A stretch of 63,875 nt of DNA from Narcine bancroftii. Lineage: Eukaryota. The DNA lies in contig NC_091478.1 of assembly GCF_036971445.1 (NCBI RefSeq), positions 19,220,001-19,283,875 of the forward strand, in the 5' to 3' direction. The notes beneath the pieces are model-generated. The model had not been told where the DNA came from. It saw nothing but the letters and a program-made list of their open reading frames with translations, and ran no database searches. Made by a program: the position numbers and the translations under genes. This document shows, in pieces, positions 12,399-23,949 of the stretch (positions are counted from its first letter, which is position 1; every line of letters starts with the position of its first letter).

Positions 12399-13628
12399 TC
12401 AGACTTTTTGAGCCCTGCTGCTGGTCCTGCAGAGGATCTTTTTGAAAGCCTTCCTGAAGTCGTGATTAAAGACAGTGTAGATGAGAGGGTTCAGAGAGCT
12501 GTTGCAATAGCCGAACCAGAAGAAGAATTTGAATAGAGTCTCGGGCACGGGGCAGCGCTCGGCGCAGATGGCGGTGAGGGAATAGGTGAAGAAGAAGGGG
12601 AACCAACACACGACGAAAACGCCGATCACCACCGCCAGCACGAAGGTGAACCTCTTCTCGCGGTTGTGCCGTCCTTTCCAGCGGCCCGACTTGGGGCTGC
12701 CCCCGTGCTCCGGTCTCTGCAGCCCGCTCACCGCCTTGCCTTGCACCGACTGCACCACCCCGGTGGCTTTGGCCCGGGGGCCCGGCTTGGCCTCGGCCGT
12801 ACAGTGATTGTCCTGGCGGTCGGAGGACGAGGAGTCCTCCTGTCCCAAGCCGTTGACCTGCGCCACGTTGGTCTGGGCCGCTTTGCTGGCGCCGTCCTGG
12901 TGTCCATTCGTGGGTGGCCCGGGGCGCACTCCGTTTGGCCGGGCGTTGGGTTTCTTGGCCGGCGGTTGCCTGGTTCTCAGCTTAGCGATCTGGTAGATCC
13001 TCACATAGACCAGGATCATGATAATACACGGGGCGAAAAAGGAGCCGATGCAAGAGGAGATGATGTACCATTTCTCGTCGTTGATCTTGCACTGAGGGTT
13101 CTCGCGGAGACCGGTCTCCTTACCAATGGAAATGAGCGGAGGGAAGGAGATGACGGCGGCGATCACCCACACCGTGACGATGATGCCCTTGATCCTTCTG
13201 GGAGTTCTCTTCAGGTTGTACTCGATGGCCTGGGTAATGGACCAGTACCTGTCCAAGCTGATGGCGCACAGGTGCACGATGGAGGACGTGCAGAACAAGA
13301 CATCCAAGGCCAGATAGATCTCACACCAAACCCGGCCGAAATACCAACAGCCCATCAGTTCTTTGGCCAGGGAGAAAGGCATGACCAAGGTGGCCACCAG
13401 GATGTCGGCGGACGCCAGCGAGACCAGGAAGAGGTTCTGGGGAGCCCTCAGTCCCCTGCTGGTGAACACGGCGATCACAACTAGCACGTTGCCGAAGAGA
13501 GTGGCCACGATGATGAAGGCCACCACTGAGGTCAGGGTGACGGCCGCCTGCACCGAGTACGCCTGCACATCTGGCGGCTCGGTGATGTTACAGCTCCAAT
13601 TGCACGGGCTGGCTGCCGGCACCGCCAT
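12399..13628 (-). CDS. ADRA2A: Alpha-2A adrenergic receptor (intronless class A GPCR), 409 aa from first in-frame ATG
   Basis: Unbroken ORF with 7 TM segments and alpha2 signatures: [25 protein letters not shown] (Asp3.32), [95 protein letters not shown], the ICL3 EDSSSS motif and KKILCR favour the 2A subtype. The ORF track start at 13652 is a GTG; the first in-frame ATG is 13628-13626. Confidence 0.93.
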   Translation of the reverse strand: MAVPAASPCNWSCNITEPPDVQAYSVQAAVTLTSVVAFIIVATLFGNVLVVIAVFTSRGLRAPQNLFLVSLASADILVATLVMPFSLAKELMGCWYFGRVWCEIYLALDVLFCTSSIVHLCAISLDRYWSITQAIEYNLKRTPRRIKGIIVTVWVIAAVISFPPLISIGKETGLRENPQCKINDEKWYIISSCIGSFFAPCIIMILVYVRIYQIAKLRTRQPPAKKPNARPNGVRPGPPTNGHQDGASKAAQTNVAQVNGLGQEDSSSSDRQDNHCTAEAKPGPRAKATGVVQSVQGKAVSGLQRPEHGGSPKSGRWKGRHNREKRFTFVLAVVIGVFVVCWFPFFFTYSLTAICAERCPVPETLFKFFFWFGYCNSSLNPLIYTVFNHDFRKAFKKILCRTSSRAQKV

Positions 13629-13639
13629 CGGTCCCCTCG

Positions 13640-13648
13640 CTAACCCAT
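13640..13648 (-). other. Minimal upstream ORF ATG-GGT-TAG (Met-Gly-stop) in the ADRA2A 5' UTR
   Basis: Read directly; out of frame with the main ATG and ending 11 nt before it. Confidence 0.7.
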
Positions 13649-13933
13649 CCACTTCTGGCCACTTTAGCAGGAATCACACCGTCGGCGGTAGCTGCAGCCA
13701 ACTCAACTTGCAGAGCGAGTCTGTCCCCTCCATCACCCCGGTGCTCAGCGCCAGTGACCTGGAAAGGCGGTCCCCCGGACTCCGGAGAGAGAGAGGGGGG
13801 CGGGGGGTGGCAGGTGTAGAGTGGGAAGTTTGCACTCACGAGGACAAAGCGCAGTCCGAGTTCAGGCAGCGCCAGGCGGAGTCGAACCAGCGGCAAGCAA
13901 CACCTTGTCAACACGAGCTGAGGTCCGCCGTCC

Positions 13934-13942
13934 CTTTATATA
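13934..13942 (-). promoter_or_regulatory. TATA box of ADRA2A (TATATAAAG)
   Basis: Minus strand reads GGGGC-TATATAAAG-GGAC in GC-rich context ~306 nt upstream of the ATG; implies a TSS near 13905-13915. Confidence 0.75.
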
Positions 13943-13987
13943 GCCCCGGCGCCAGTGATGTGATGCTGGGCAGTGATCGTCAGGGCA

Positions 13988-14039
13988 CCACGTGGGCGTC
14001 GTGTTGGCTTCAAAAAAAAAGCAGAGAGTTGGGCGGAGC
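13988..14039. promoter_or_regulatory. Proximal promoter motifs: palindromic E-box CCACGTGG (13988-13995) and Sp/KLF GC box TGGGCGGAGC (14030-14039)
   Basis: Consensus matches about 45 and 90 bp upstream of the TATA box. Confidence 0.55.
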
Positions 14040-14429
14040 AGGAATCCGATCTTCCGCCGGTTCACGAAGCCTTCGGTGGGCAAGGAAGCACCGTGCGCAC
14101 AGGTTGGGCCAGCAGCGAGCTGCCAACGCTTAGGGGGTCGATGTCACTGAGACCGAGGCCGTCTCAAACTCTTGTTCATCCCGCCAGAGTTGGATTAAGA
14201 GTGGAGTCGGTAACTCCGCCTGCGGTTGACAGGACCTGACTGTGTGACCTGCTGAAGCAGGAGAGATGATACGTCCAGTAAGGCTGTAGGAGGAGAGCTG
14301 TGAGACAAAGCTGGTTCTGTTTAGCAAGATTAAGATAACATCGCCGAGAGAGAAATAGTGGAGTAAAAACATCATTAAAATGTACTGGAATTTCAGAAAG
14401 TCTAAACTATCGCGGTACAATCAGCCAAC

Positions 14430-14565
14430 ACTGTCGTTAGAGCTTGAGCCCTTCACCACACCTTGATGAAGGGCTCTTGCCCGAAACGTGGCTTATGTAT
14501 CTTTAGCTTTGCTATTTAAAAAAGTGCACAGCTGAGTTTCTCCAGCGTTGAGTTTTACTAACACT
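14430..14565 (+). mobile_element. PLE-derived terminal repeat with hammerhead-like core and short inverted partner, just upstream of the ADRA2A promoter
   Basis: TTGATGA-A-GGGC-tctt-GCCC-GAAAC at 14463-14487, preceded by inverted gcttgagcccttca and followed by gctgagtttctccagc. Confidence 0.6.
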
Positions 14566-15742
14566 GTACTTAAAGGTACAGTGCCCGGAACAAGGCGAAC
14601 CCCTGAATATTTTAAGCCCACTTTTCCGTGCTGTTTTAGGACATCAGTTTGCACTGGACCCGTATTGCCTGTCCAGGGTTGCATGAGAATGAATGGACAA
14701 AGAGAGTGGGGGCGAGTTCTTGTGGTTTTGCTGCGCGTTTTATAACGCAATTTGAGATCTTGGGAGCGAATCGCAAACAGTTCCGAGAGCCCGTTGTTTC
14801 CAGCGACCCACCTTTGTCTTGGGGAGGTGTAGAAATATCATAGGAGAGGGGCTGGATAACTGACTGAAGATACACCACTAGGAAATGGTTGGCTGTTTTC
14901 TTTCTCTGTGTTGCAATGTTCAGATCGTGTGGCGCACTGGGGTGTACCAGGAGCAGTACTGCTTTACCACTGGCGGCCAGCTCTTCGGGTGGTTGGCGGC
15001 TCACGTTAAACAGCGGGCCGAGCAGCATCTGGGGCGGCAGAAGAATGCTCGGGGTTCCAGCCGAAACTTCAACCTTCCCTTGGCCTGACCCACGGAGTTC
15101 CTGCAGCCGTTTGTTTGGGTTTTATTTTGCTCCACATTCTGCAATCTCCTGTCATGCTAAACGCATTCGCTTTGTCCTTATTTTATATTTATTCTAAGAA
15201 TGGTTGGTCCATAATTGCATTGAAACGCTCCAAGTCAATGAGCAACGCTGCAACTGCAGCCTCCCACCTATGGTGGTGCTCCAGTGCCTCCACTGGTCAA
15301 ATAGTGCAACTACACCGCATCACTGACTTGAATCAATCAATGTCCAATTACTTCGATGAAGGAGTAGCGAGTTCTATGTCGGAAATTGCTGACCTCAGCA
15401 GTTGGGTGACACGGCAGGTGGTACAGACGAGGTTGTGGTTCTCTCTGGATTCCGGATGCAGACGAGAATATTCTAAATTGTGGAAAGCGCCGAGAGAGTG
15501 GATGAGGGGAGAGGTTTAGAGGTTCTTGTACAGAAATCAAAGGGCGTTGGTGAACAGCTATTACCCATTAAACTTCCAAAGAATAAACTTTATTTCAGGG
15601 GAACTAGGGTGTAAGGATGAGGTTGTGCCTGCATGAATGAACGCCTTCAGTTCTGGGCAGTTTAGGAATACGTGATCGTTTCAGTGGAAAAGAATAAAAC
15701 ACAAACTCGGAGAAAAGGAGCAATGATCATTTTTCTCAAGTT

Positions 15743-16185
15743 ACAATTGGGTCTAGAGCAGTGATTCTCAACCTTCCCTTCCCACTCACATTTCTTTGGC
15801 TTGGCTTCGCGGACGAAGATTTATGGAGGGGGTAAAAAGTCCACGTCAGCTGCAGGCTCGTTTGTGGCTGACAAGTAATCCCTATGCCATCGTGCTTAAG
15901 GTGGTATGTGAGTAGGAAGGGAAGGGAAGGTTGAGAATCACTGTTCTAAACCCAATTATTACCGAAATATCTTACTTGAGAAAAATTGTCATTGCCCCAT
16001 TTCCTTTGGAGCTATGAAACCGTGCACATAACAAGTCAATTAGGTACGATTAATACAGTGGTTTTCAACCTTTTTCTTTGGACCTACATACCACTTTAAG
16101 CAATCCCTTGCTAATCACAGAACACCTATGGCATAGGGAGTACTTGGTGGTATGTGAGGAGAAAGAAAAACGTTGAGAACCACTG
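15743..16185. mobile_element. Composite hAT (Charlie/MER5-like) MITE with foldback structure
   Basis: Repeated CAGTG(G/A)TT(C/T)TCAACC TIR motifs; internal spacer is the reverse complement of that in the 57075 copy; left unit flanked by inverted aattgggtctagag / ttctaaacccaatt. Confidence 0.75.
15792..15876 (-). mobile_element. RTE LINE 3'-terminal 85-bp fragment inserted in the MITE
   Basis: Identical by eye to the 3' end of the 41473-44624 element. Confidence 0.9.
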
Positions 16186-17187
16186 AGTTAAAGTTTCAGA
16201 CCGGGATCCTTGATGAAGGGTGCCATCCCGAAGCATCAACCGTTCTATTTCTCCTACTGATGCTGCTCGACGTGCTGAGTTTCTACCAGATCCTAGTTTC
16301 TCGTGTGTCTCCAAGCTTGGAGATACATTACCTTAATGAGATGTATCGCTCAAATACAGTACAACTCCTTAAGGAATCATGTTTAAGATGGTTAAAGGAT
16401 TTTTTTTTAAAAGACGGATTTTAAAAAAAATGCAGGAGAATGGAAAGACTTCGCATTTAGAGTGTAGGAAACGTTGAATTAAAAGCAGATCGTGCTGGAA
16501 ACAGCATTTTTATTTGTTTTTGTTTAAGCCTATCGATGTCTACATCTTTTTTCAGTCACAGAGAAAACCTGGACTCGTTCCCCTCAAACAGTTGCTAATG
16601 CCGGGCACCAGGACTCTCACTTTTGCACTTTTTATTTTTTTTCCTCTTTTGTTTATATTTCTTGATTTGTTTACTTGTGGACGTGTGTGCAGGGATTTTT
16701 TTTTTTTTGCACCATCAATAAGCGGTAATCTGCCTGGCCTGCAGGAATCAAAATGTCATGTATGCACTCTGACAATAAATCCAAAATCAATTGCAACTTC
16801 CAAAAACTGAGGCTGTTTTTTTTTTTGTCCTTGGGAATGTTTGGGCATTCATTTCATTGTGCAACATAACAGGATTTGGTGCAGAATCCTGCAAAATAGG
16901 TACGAGATACAGATCAGCCATGAATGGGAAACCAAAATAAATTTATAGATCCTGGAAGATTGAAGTAACCACTGAAAATGTTGGAAATACTGAACCAATG
17001 AGAGATCATCTGTGGAAAGGAAAAGCAGAGATTGACCTCAAATGTTACCTCCTTTTCCTGACCTTCTGAGTATTTCCAGCAATTTTTTTTGTGCTTTCTT
17101 TGCAGATACTGACAGTAGGTTTGAAGGTTGATTTTTAATTGAAACGAGAATCTGCATGAATGTATTTCATAACAAGTTTTCTGCCTT

Positions 17188-17317
17188 NNNNNNNNNNNNN
17201 NNNNNNNNNNNNNNNNNNNNNNNNNNNNNNNNNNNNNNNNNNNNNNNNNNNNNNNNNNNNNNNNNNNNNNNNNNNNNNNNNNNNNNNNNNNNNNNNNNNN
17301 NNNNNNNNNNNNNNNNN
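17188..17317. other. Assembly gap (130 N)
   Basis: Run of N. Confidence 1.
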
Positions 17318-18938
17318 GCACAAAGCACCCGTGCTCTTTGAGGAGCATATCTTCCATCTCTGGGCAACAATGAAGAAGGAGCAGCACTGTCTTGCATTGT
17401 GGCAAGATTACCCCTATTTTCACCATCTGATGGACTGTGATCAAAGTGTACATTGCATGGTGCATAAAATACAGATTTAACTTTTGCTAATCAAAGCTAT
17501 GGGCCACCTCTGATGGTTTCTATATAATTGACCATAATTTGTTTACAATAATGAATCCATCTTACAAGCAATTGAATATTTTAATTCGCACGAGATATTT
17601 CATAGTACCATGATTTTACATTTTTAAAGAAGCAAACCACCCAGAGGGCAGCCCACATCTTGAATGAAATGATGAGAGGGAGCTATAGAAGCGGGTCCAA
17701 TTGCAATATTCAATTTGGACAGATACATGGAGAGGAAGATGGGGCCCAAGCGTAGACAAATGGGTCAAGACCAGAATGCCAACTTGGTTCGGCGTGGACG
17801 AATCGGGTTGAAGGGCGTTTTCTGATGATTTTTGACTCTGACACTGTTTCTTCATGCTGCAAGGATTTATGATTAAGCTTATACAGATGTACAATTAGAA
17901 TTTACCGATAGGCTACACCTTCAGACAATATCCCACTCTGTACAGTCTGTCAACACAAAACTTTCCACTCCAAGTGAAGAATTTTAAAGTGGGCACTCTC
18001 CTCATGCCAAAAAAAAACCCAAATCTAAATTAGCATTAATAAAGAAAATAATTCATTAAACAAGTGATTTCGTAAAAGCTGCAAAAAGACGCATTTACGT
18101 TAAGTGGGAAATGTCAGCCTGTAATACGCAAAGGTGGTGGAGAAACTCAGCAGGGTCGAGCAGCATCCATGGCAATTAACGTTTCAGGCCTGGGCCCATC
18201 GTCGGGAATGTGGAAAAAGGAGACGCCGGAATAAAAAGATCCGAGAGAGAAGGGGGGGGGGGGGGGGGTGTCAACCTAATATATGCAAGAAAGATTCTAA
18301 TGGTACTCAAAGTTAGATTTTGAAATGGATTTTCCATTAGTATGAGCAAACATCTTAATTGCTTCAGATTTCCATAGCAAGTTTATTAAATTCTGTGGAA
18401 CCATGCACCTGGTAATAACCAGTTTAATAATCCTACATGTACATTTTCTTCAGTATCACAGTTACCAACCATATGTGAATATATATTATATATATGTACA
18501 ACCTGCAGCAAAGCTCAAATCTTTGCTATTTCTGTATGTTGTAATGAACTGATATATAATCTATTCATTCCATTACTAATGTTTACTAGTAATTAGAGCA
18601 CTGGATCAAGCACAACTTTCTTGTAATGGAAACAACCAACTATAATAAGAAGAAAAAAAACCTGCAGATACTGAAATTCTGAAACCAAGGAGGAAACGAC
18701 AGGGAGCATCCGTGGAAAGAGGGTTGGAGTAAACATTTCCGTTCGTCAAAACTCAGTTGACGTTCATTATGTTTCTCGATCCACAAATGCACAAATATCA
18801 TGCTAAGCGGCTCCGGCATTTCGTGTATTTTTAAAATCACAACCTACCTTTTCTACAAACGCGTTTATCTAAACATTCCTATAAAATCGTATCGGATGGG
18901 TCCGTGGAACTTGTCAAGGCTCCTGACAGAGTTTGAGT

Positions 18939-19165
18939 GGCACGGCTGTTCGCGGACCGCTGGGACAGCGCCAGCGGTCGGGAACGGGGTATGAACCCCG
19001 CGCTGTCTGTCAGGAGTTTGCATGTTCTCCTCCTGTCTGTGTGGGTTTTCCCCAGGGGCTCCCTCCGTTCGAAACGTACCGGGTTGGTAGTTTAACCGGG
19101 TGTAATTGGGCAGCACGGACTCGTGGGCCGAAATGGCCTCATACCGTGCTGTTTGTCTACATTTA
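18939..19165 (+). mobile_element. tRNA-derived V-SINE (HE1-like)
   Basis: GGCACGG head, V-domain-like gagtttgcatgttctcc..tgtctgtgtgggttt, CR1-type tail gggccgaaatggcct..ccgtgctgt. Confidence 0.65.
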
Positions 19166-19954
19166 AACTGCTTAGAAGCGCTGTTTCTAGCGTCTGGACC
19201 CACTTTGGGGGCCCGGACCGGTCCGTTGACTGACCATGGATGGGCTTGTTCGGCTGAGTCCTTCCAGCATCTGCCCTTTTGTTTCTGCTTCCCCCACCCT
19301 CCTCCCCTCACCACCCCTTCTTCCCCCCAACACACCCCCCCCCCCCACCCCATCTCTCAATATGATCCGGTTTGTTTTCGCGGACTTGCCAAGTCAACAT
19401 CAAATATTCCCACCTCACACTGAGGAATTTCAATTGAGAGAAAGTAATGCTTTCGGCCGCTGTTTGTCAGGACAATCGCGTGGGAAATGGTCGTTCCAGT
19501 GACCATCAGGGCACATAGGACAAAGCAGCGGTCAATGTCATGCCCAGGCGAGGGTCAAGCGGCCAAAGGGGCGAATCCTGCCCTCCCAGTGTGCGACCAA
19601 GGAATCCGAACGGTGCCCCCGAGAATGCTGGCCTGCACAAGGTGAGAACAATTCCAAATTTATAATCTCCATCTATAACAGTCTGAGTGCACCCAGAGAC
19701 CGTTTGCGTCCGATTATGGTGGTGGTGGTGGCGGGGGGGGGGGCGCCGCTGTAATGGGTGGTGCCGCGAATCTGGGCAATCTCCAGGCAGGGAACAGACA
19801 GAAAGATGGAAAATCAGGTCTGAAAACAATTTAGTGTCCCATTTATACATAAACTCTCCTGCTATCTTTTCACCTATTGCATGTGTCCAATTTGTGCCCA
19901 TGCGCTGGGGTGGGGCTCCCTCAAAGAGTGAGGCAATAAAACTGTGGGCCACCA

Positions 19955-22900
19955 AGTAATATTTTTAAAAATCTGGCAATTTCAAAAACCCCAATTTATA
20001 ATCCCAAGTCAATATTTCCATGGAGATTCTAGCCACTTTTCCATTCTACAGGAACTTGCTGACACACCTATTGAGCAGTTTGAAGAAGCCCTGGAAGAAT
20101 GGAATGGGTAATGTCTGAAATATATATTCTTCATCCTTTACCCTCATCCCTCTAATATCCTCATTTTGTCTAATAGCCTGTGCTAACGGTTCTATACCCA
20201 ATGCAAATAGGGCTGGTGACAATGGGCAGCCCTGACGAGTTGATCGAGTCAATTTAAAAGCTAAAGATGTCACCACCCTAGCAATGGGGTTCATATATAA
20301 GGCCTTAGCCCAACCAATAAAGAAAGGGCCAAATTAAAATTTTTCTAATACCATAAATAAAAAGTCCCATTCAACTCTATCAAAAGCTTTTTTGGCATCT
20401 AATGCAACTACCATAGGATGATTAGGTTGCCGCCAATATGCATTGATCAAAGTAAGCAATCGAAGTATATTATCTGAGCCATTTCTATTCTTAATAAAAC
20501 CTGGTTGATCAATATGAACTAAGTTAGGTAAATATTTAGCAGGTCTATTAGCTAATACTTTTGCCATAATTTTATATTCTACATTCAATAAAGAAACAGG
20601 CTATATGAAGATACCTGTTAAGGATCTCTGTCTTTTTTTGGGATAACAGTTATTAAAGCACTTGAACATGTTTCTGGTAAAATCTGATCTTCAGTAACTT
20701 GATGTAACACTTCCCCAAATATATTAGAAAATTCATCATAAAATAGTTTATAGAATTCCACAGGAAACCCATCATCTCCTGGGGACTTACCATTAGGCAT
20801 TTCCTGAATAGCTTCCTTGATTTCAAAATCCGGAAATGGAGATTCCAACTCCTGAATATCTTTCTCATCTAGTACCAGTAACGTAAATTTAGATAAGTAA
20901 GAATCATATACTTCCCCTCAGAAGTATATAATTTTTGATAAAATGAATAAAACTGGTAATTAATTTCCTGAGGCTTATAGGTAATTATTGAATTCTTCTT
21001 AACAGCATTAATAGTCCAAGATGCCTGTTCCACTTTCAATTGCCAGGCAAGTACCTTACGAGTCCTTTCCCCCAACCAACTCATAATAATGTTGTTTAGA
21101 TCTATTAATTAAGCACTCAAACTGGTAAGTTTGTAAAGTATTATAGCGTAATTTTAACTTTGCTAATACAGCTTTTTTATCTTCTGTTATATCTTTCTGA
21201 AAATCTTTCTCTAGTTCAGTAATCTGATTTTCCAACTGTAAAAAATATAAAATTAATCTATTTTCAGACGATGTGTTGATATATTTGATAGAGCCTGAGA
21301 GATCGTTGAAACAATTACAGGAGTGTTTATCAAAATTTGGAGAATTGTCAGGATATAAAGTTAACTGGGATAAAAGTGAAATTTTGCCAGTTGGAGTAGA
21401 AGATTATTCTGAATTTTAAAATATTACAAAATTAAGATAGACGAATAAAATCAAATACTTAGGTGTGTTTGTGGACAATGACTATCAATCGTTATATCAA
21501 TTAAATTATGTACCTATATTGAGGTGGATTAAAGCAGACTTAACTAAATGGAAAGATATCCCATTAACTGTAATTGGATGTGTTAATTGTATTAAGATGA
21601 ATATCTTTCCTTGAATTCAATATTTATTTCAATCAATACCTTGTTTACTTTCAAATAGTTTTTTTCAGGATTTGAATAAAGCAGTACGAGAGTTTTTGTG
21701 GAAAGGTAAATTAGCTCAAGTAGCGTTGCACAAACTTACTTGGAAATATGCATTGGGTGCCTTACAACTGCCACATTTTCAAAATTATTATGAGGCAGCT
21801 CAGTTGAAGTTTATTAGTAGACTGATGGATTTGGATCAACCTCCAAGTTGGGCTATGGTGGAGATATCATGTCTACCTAGAACAGAGATGCATGGATTTA
21901 TATTCTGTTGGAATTTGATTTTATTACAGAAATATGATATGCCAATACTGAAACATTTATTAAAGATTTGGATTAAAAAAAATAAAATTTTAGGGTCGAA
22001 AGATAAATTATCAAATTAAACTCCATTATACAATAATCGGTTTATTCCTTTTTCAATGTTTAATAGTTATTTAAAGATTTGGAATTCTAAAGGTATAAAG
22101 ACAATACAGGACTGTTTTGTAGAGGACAATTTCTTTTATTCATCTGAGAGAACGATTTGAAATACCTTTAAATTATTTTGTATTATCAGCTTAGGGCTTT
22201 AGTAAAAGATAATTATGGTAGAGAGATGTATTTACCTACTTTGTCAAAATTTGAATCTTTTTAAAAAAAAATTAAATATTTTTAAATTAAAATTTTTATA
22301 TAATTTTTATATATAAAATATGTACAAACGTATCTCATTAAATTTACACAGTGGTCTTTTCTCCCCTTTCCCACCCTCCCACTTTTCCTCCCTCCCCTCT
22401 ACCCCCCCCTCCAAAAAAATGGAATCTTTGACTTCTACTATACCAAAGAAGGGTTATGTTTCAGTTATGTATAATTTATTACAGGACAATATGGATAAAA
22501 CAGATTGGGAAAAATCTAAACTTAAATGGGAGACTAATTTAATGTTTACTTTCCCTGAAGAGGATTGGGTGAACATGTGTCAGGACAATGTAATTAAATT
22601 GACTAATATAAGATATGGTATGGTCAATTATAATTTTTTTACATCAATTGTATTTGACCCTGGAAAAGTTAAAAAAATAAAAAAATATCGGATTCTTGCT
22701 TTAGATGTAGTTTATGTACTGGTACTTTTTTTTTAACATGCTGTTTGGACTTGTGTGAAAGTCCAACCATTTTGGCAAGAAATTAAAATTGTTTTGGAAA
22801 ACTTGTATAATTTTAAACTACCATTCGATCCAATTATTTTTTTGTTGGGAGATTTGCATTCATTAAAGAGCATGGGTTTGGATAAAGTTCAAATTGCTTT

Positions 22901-23946
22901 TGTTTGTTTGGTGTTATCGGTAGCACGTAAATGTGTTGCTAGCACTTGGAAAGATGATGTAGAAATTAATATAACATGCTGGTATAATTAATTGAAAGTT
23001 TGTATTGTTATGGAAAAAATTACTTATAATTTACATGATAATTATTATTTTTTCATTGATATGTGGTCTCCGTATTTGAAATATATTCAATTGGATGTAT
23101 TTTGAACTATTATTAACATTTATAATTTTTTTACATATATATGATTTATATTTTTGGCTCCCCTTAAGGGAGCTAGCTGGGGGGGGGAAGGGTTTTTGTT
23201 TTATTTTTTCTTTGTTTATTTTAATGTTTATTGTGTTTTGTTTTTCTTTATATATAAATCTTTGCAAAATTACTTTGTTTGAATATTTAGATTGTATGTT
23301 ATACTTTTTACTTATCTTTTAATTAAAGTTTTTTTAAAAAAATGACTGAAATATATATTGTAGCATTGATATCACCTTCATTTTAACACAGTTAACTCTG
23401 CCCACCAAAGTTATGAGCAGATTGCTTAATATGGTACATCTGGCACAGTCAGGGGTGGATCCAGGTATGGCCATAGCTCTGGATGTGGAGAAAGCCTTCA
23501 ATAGATTGGAATGGGACTTTCTGTTCAAGGTACTGTAGAAATTTGGATTGGGACAAACATTTATCAATTAGATTAAGACACTATTATAAACCCCAAGCTA
23601 AAATTGTTACAAACAGGCAATTATCTCCAGTGTTTCCATTGAGTAGGTCCAGTAGGCAGGGCTGTCCACTGTCACCAGTGCTGTTCATACTGGCCATTGA
23701 GCTTCTGGCAGAAGTCATTCAATGGAATTCAGATGAAAAAAAGGATTCAAAATAGGCCAGGAGGAGCAAAAATCAATCTATTTGCCGATGATGTGTTAGT
23801 ATATTTGACGGATCCCAGGCAGTGGTAGGCCAAGTTGAGGACCACACTGGAGGATTATGGAAAGATCTCTGGGTATAAGATAAATCTGGTCTAGAGTGAA
23901 ATTATGCCTATGACAAAGGGGGATTATAGATAATACCAATAGGGAA
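19955..23946 (-). mobile_element. Older L1-clade ORF2 fragment (host), split by a younger L1 and itself apparently 5'-inverted
   Basis: Antisense LVGRVNCVKMKVISMLQYIFQ (23341-23425) continues as [16 protein letters not shown] (19955-20128). An opposite-orientation RT piece ([22 protein letters not shown]) lies at ~23420-23946. Confidence 0.75.
20129..23340 (+). mobile_element. L1-clade LINE with twin-priming 5' inversion and 19-bp TSD
   Basis: Inverted ORF2 segment 20129-~21238 ([35 protein letters not shown], ending KDEEY). Sense segment starts at the same point (YKINLFSDDVLIYL) and runs to an A-rich end. TSD aatgtctgaaatatatatt 20110-20128 / aatgactgaaatatatatt 23341-23359. Confidence 0.88.
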
Positions 23947-23949
23947 GTT

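Larger units (their letters stand above)
11420..15110. promoter_or_regulatory. CpG island spanning the ADRA2A gene and promoter
   Basis: Visibly high GC and CpG density against CpG-poor flanks (not computed; edges approximate). Confidence 0.7.

Noticed and set aside
13629-13652. ORF-track start giving 417 aa
   Set aside because: The codon at 13652 is GTG; the first in-frame ATG is 13628. Kept only as a possible minor start.
13744-13763. Weak RE1-like sequence in the 5' UTR (CTCAGCGCCAGTGACC)
   Set aside because: The GGACAG half-site is absent.
12666-14133. Plus-strand 272-aa and 256-aa ORFs overlapping ADRA2A
   Set aside because: Antisense shadows of a GC-rich CDS and CpG island, with no recognisable domains.
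16914-17480. ORFs spanning the N run
   Set aside because: Artefacts of translating the assembly gap.
18963-18972. GGACAGCGCC RE1 right half-site in the SINE head
   Set aside because: No left half-site at a suitable spacing.
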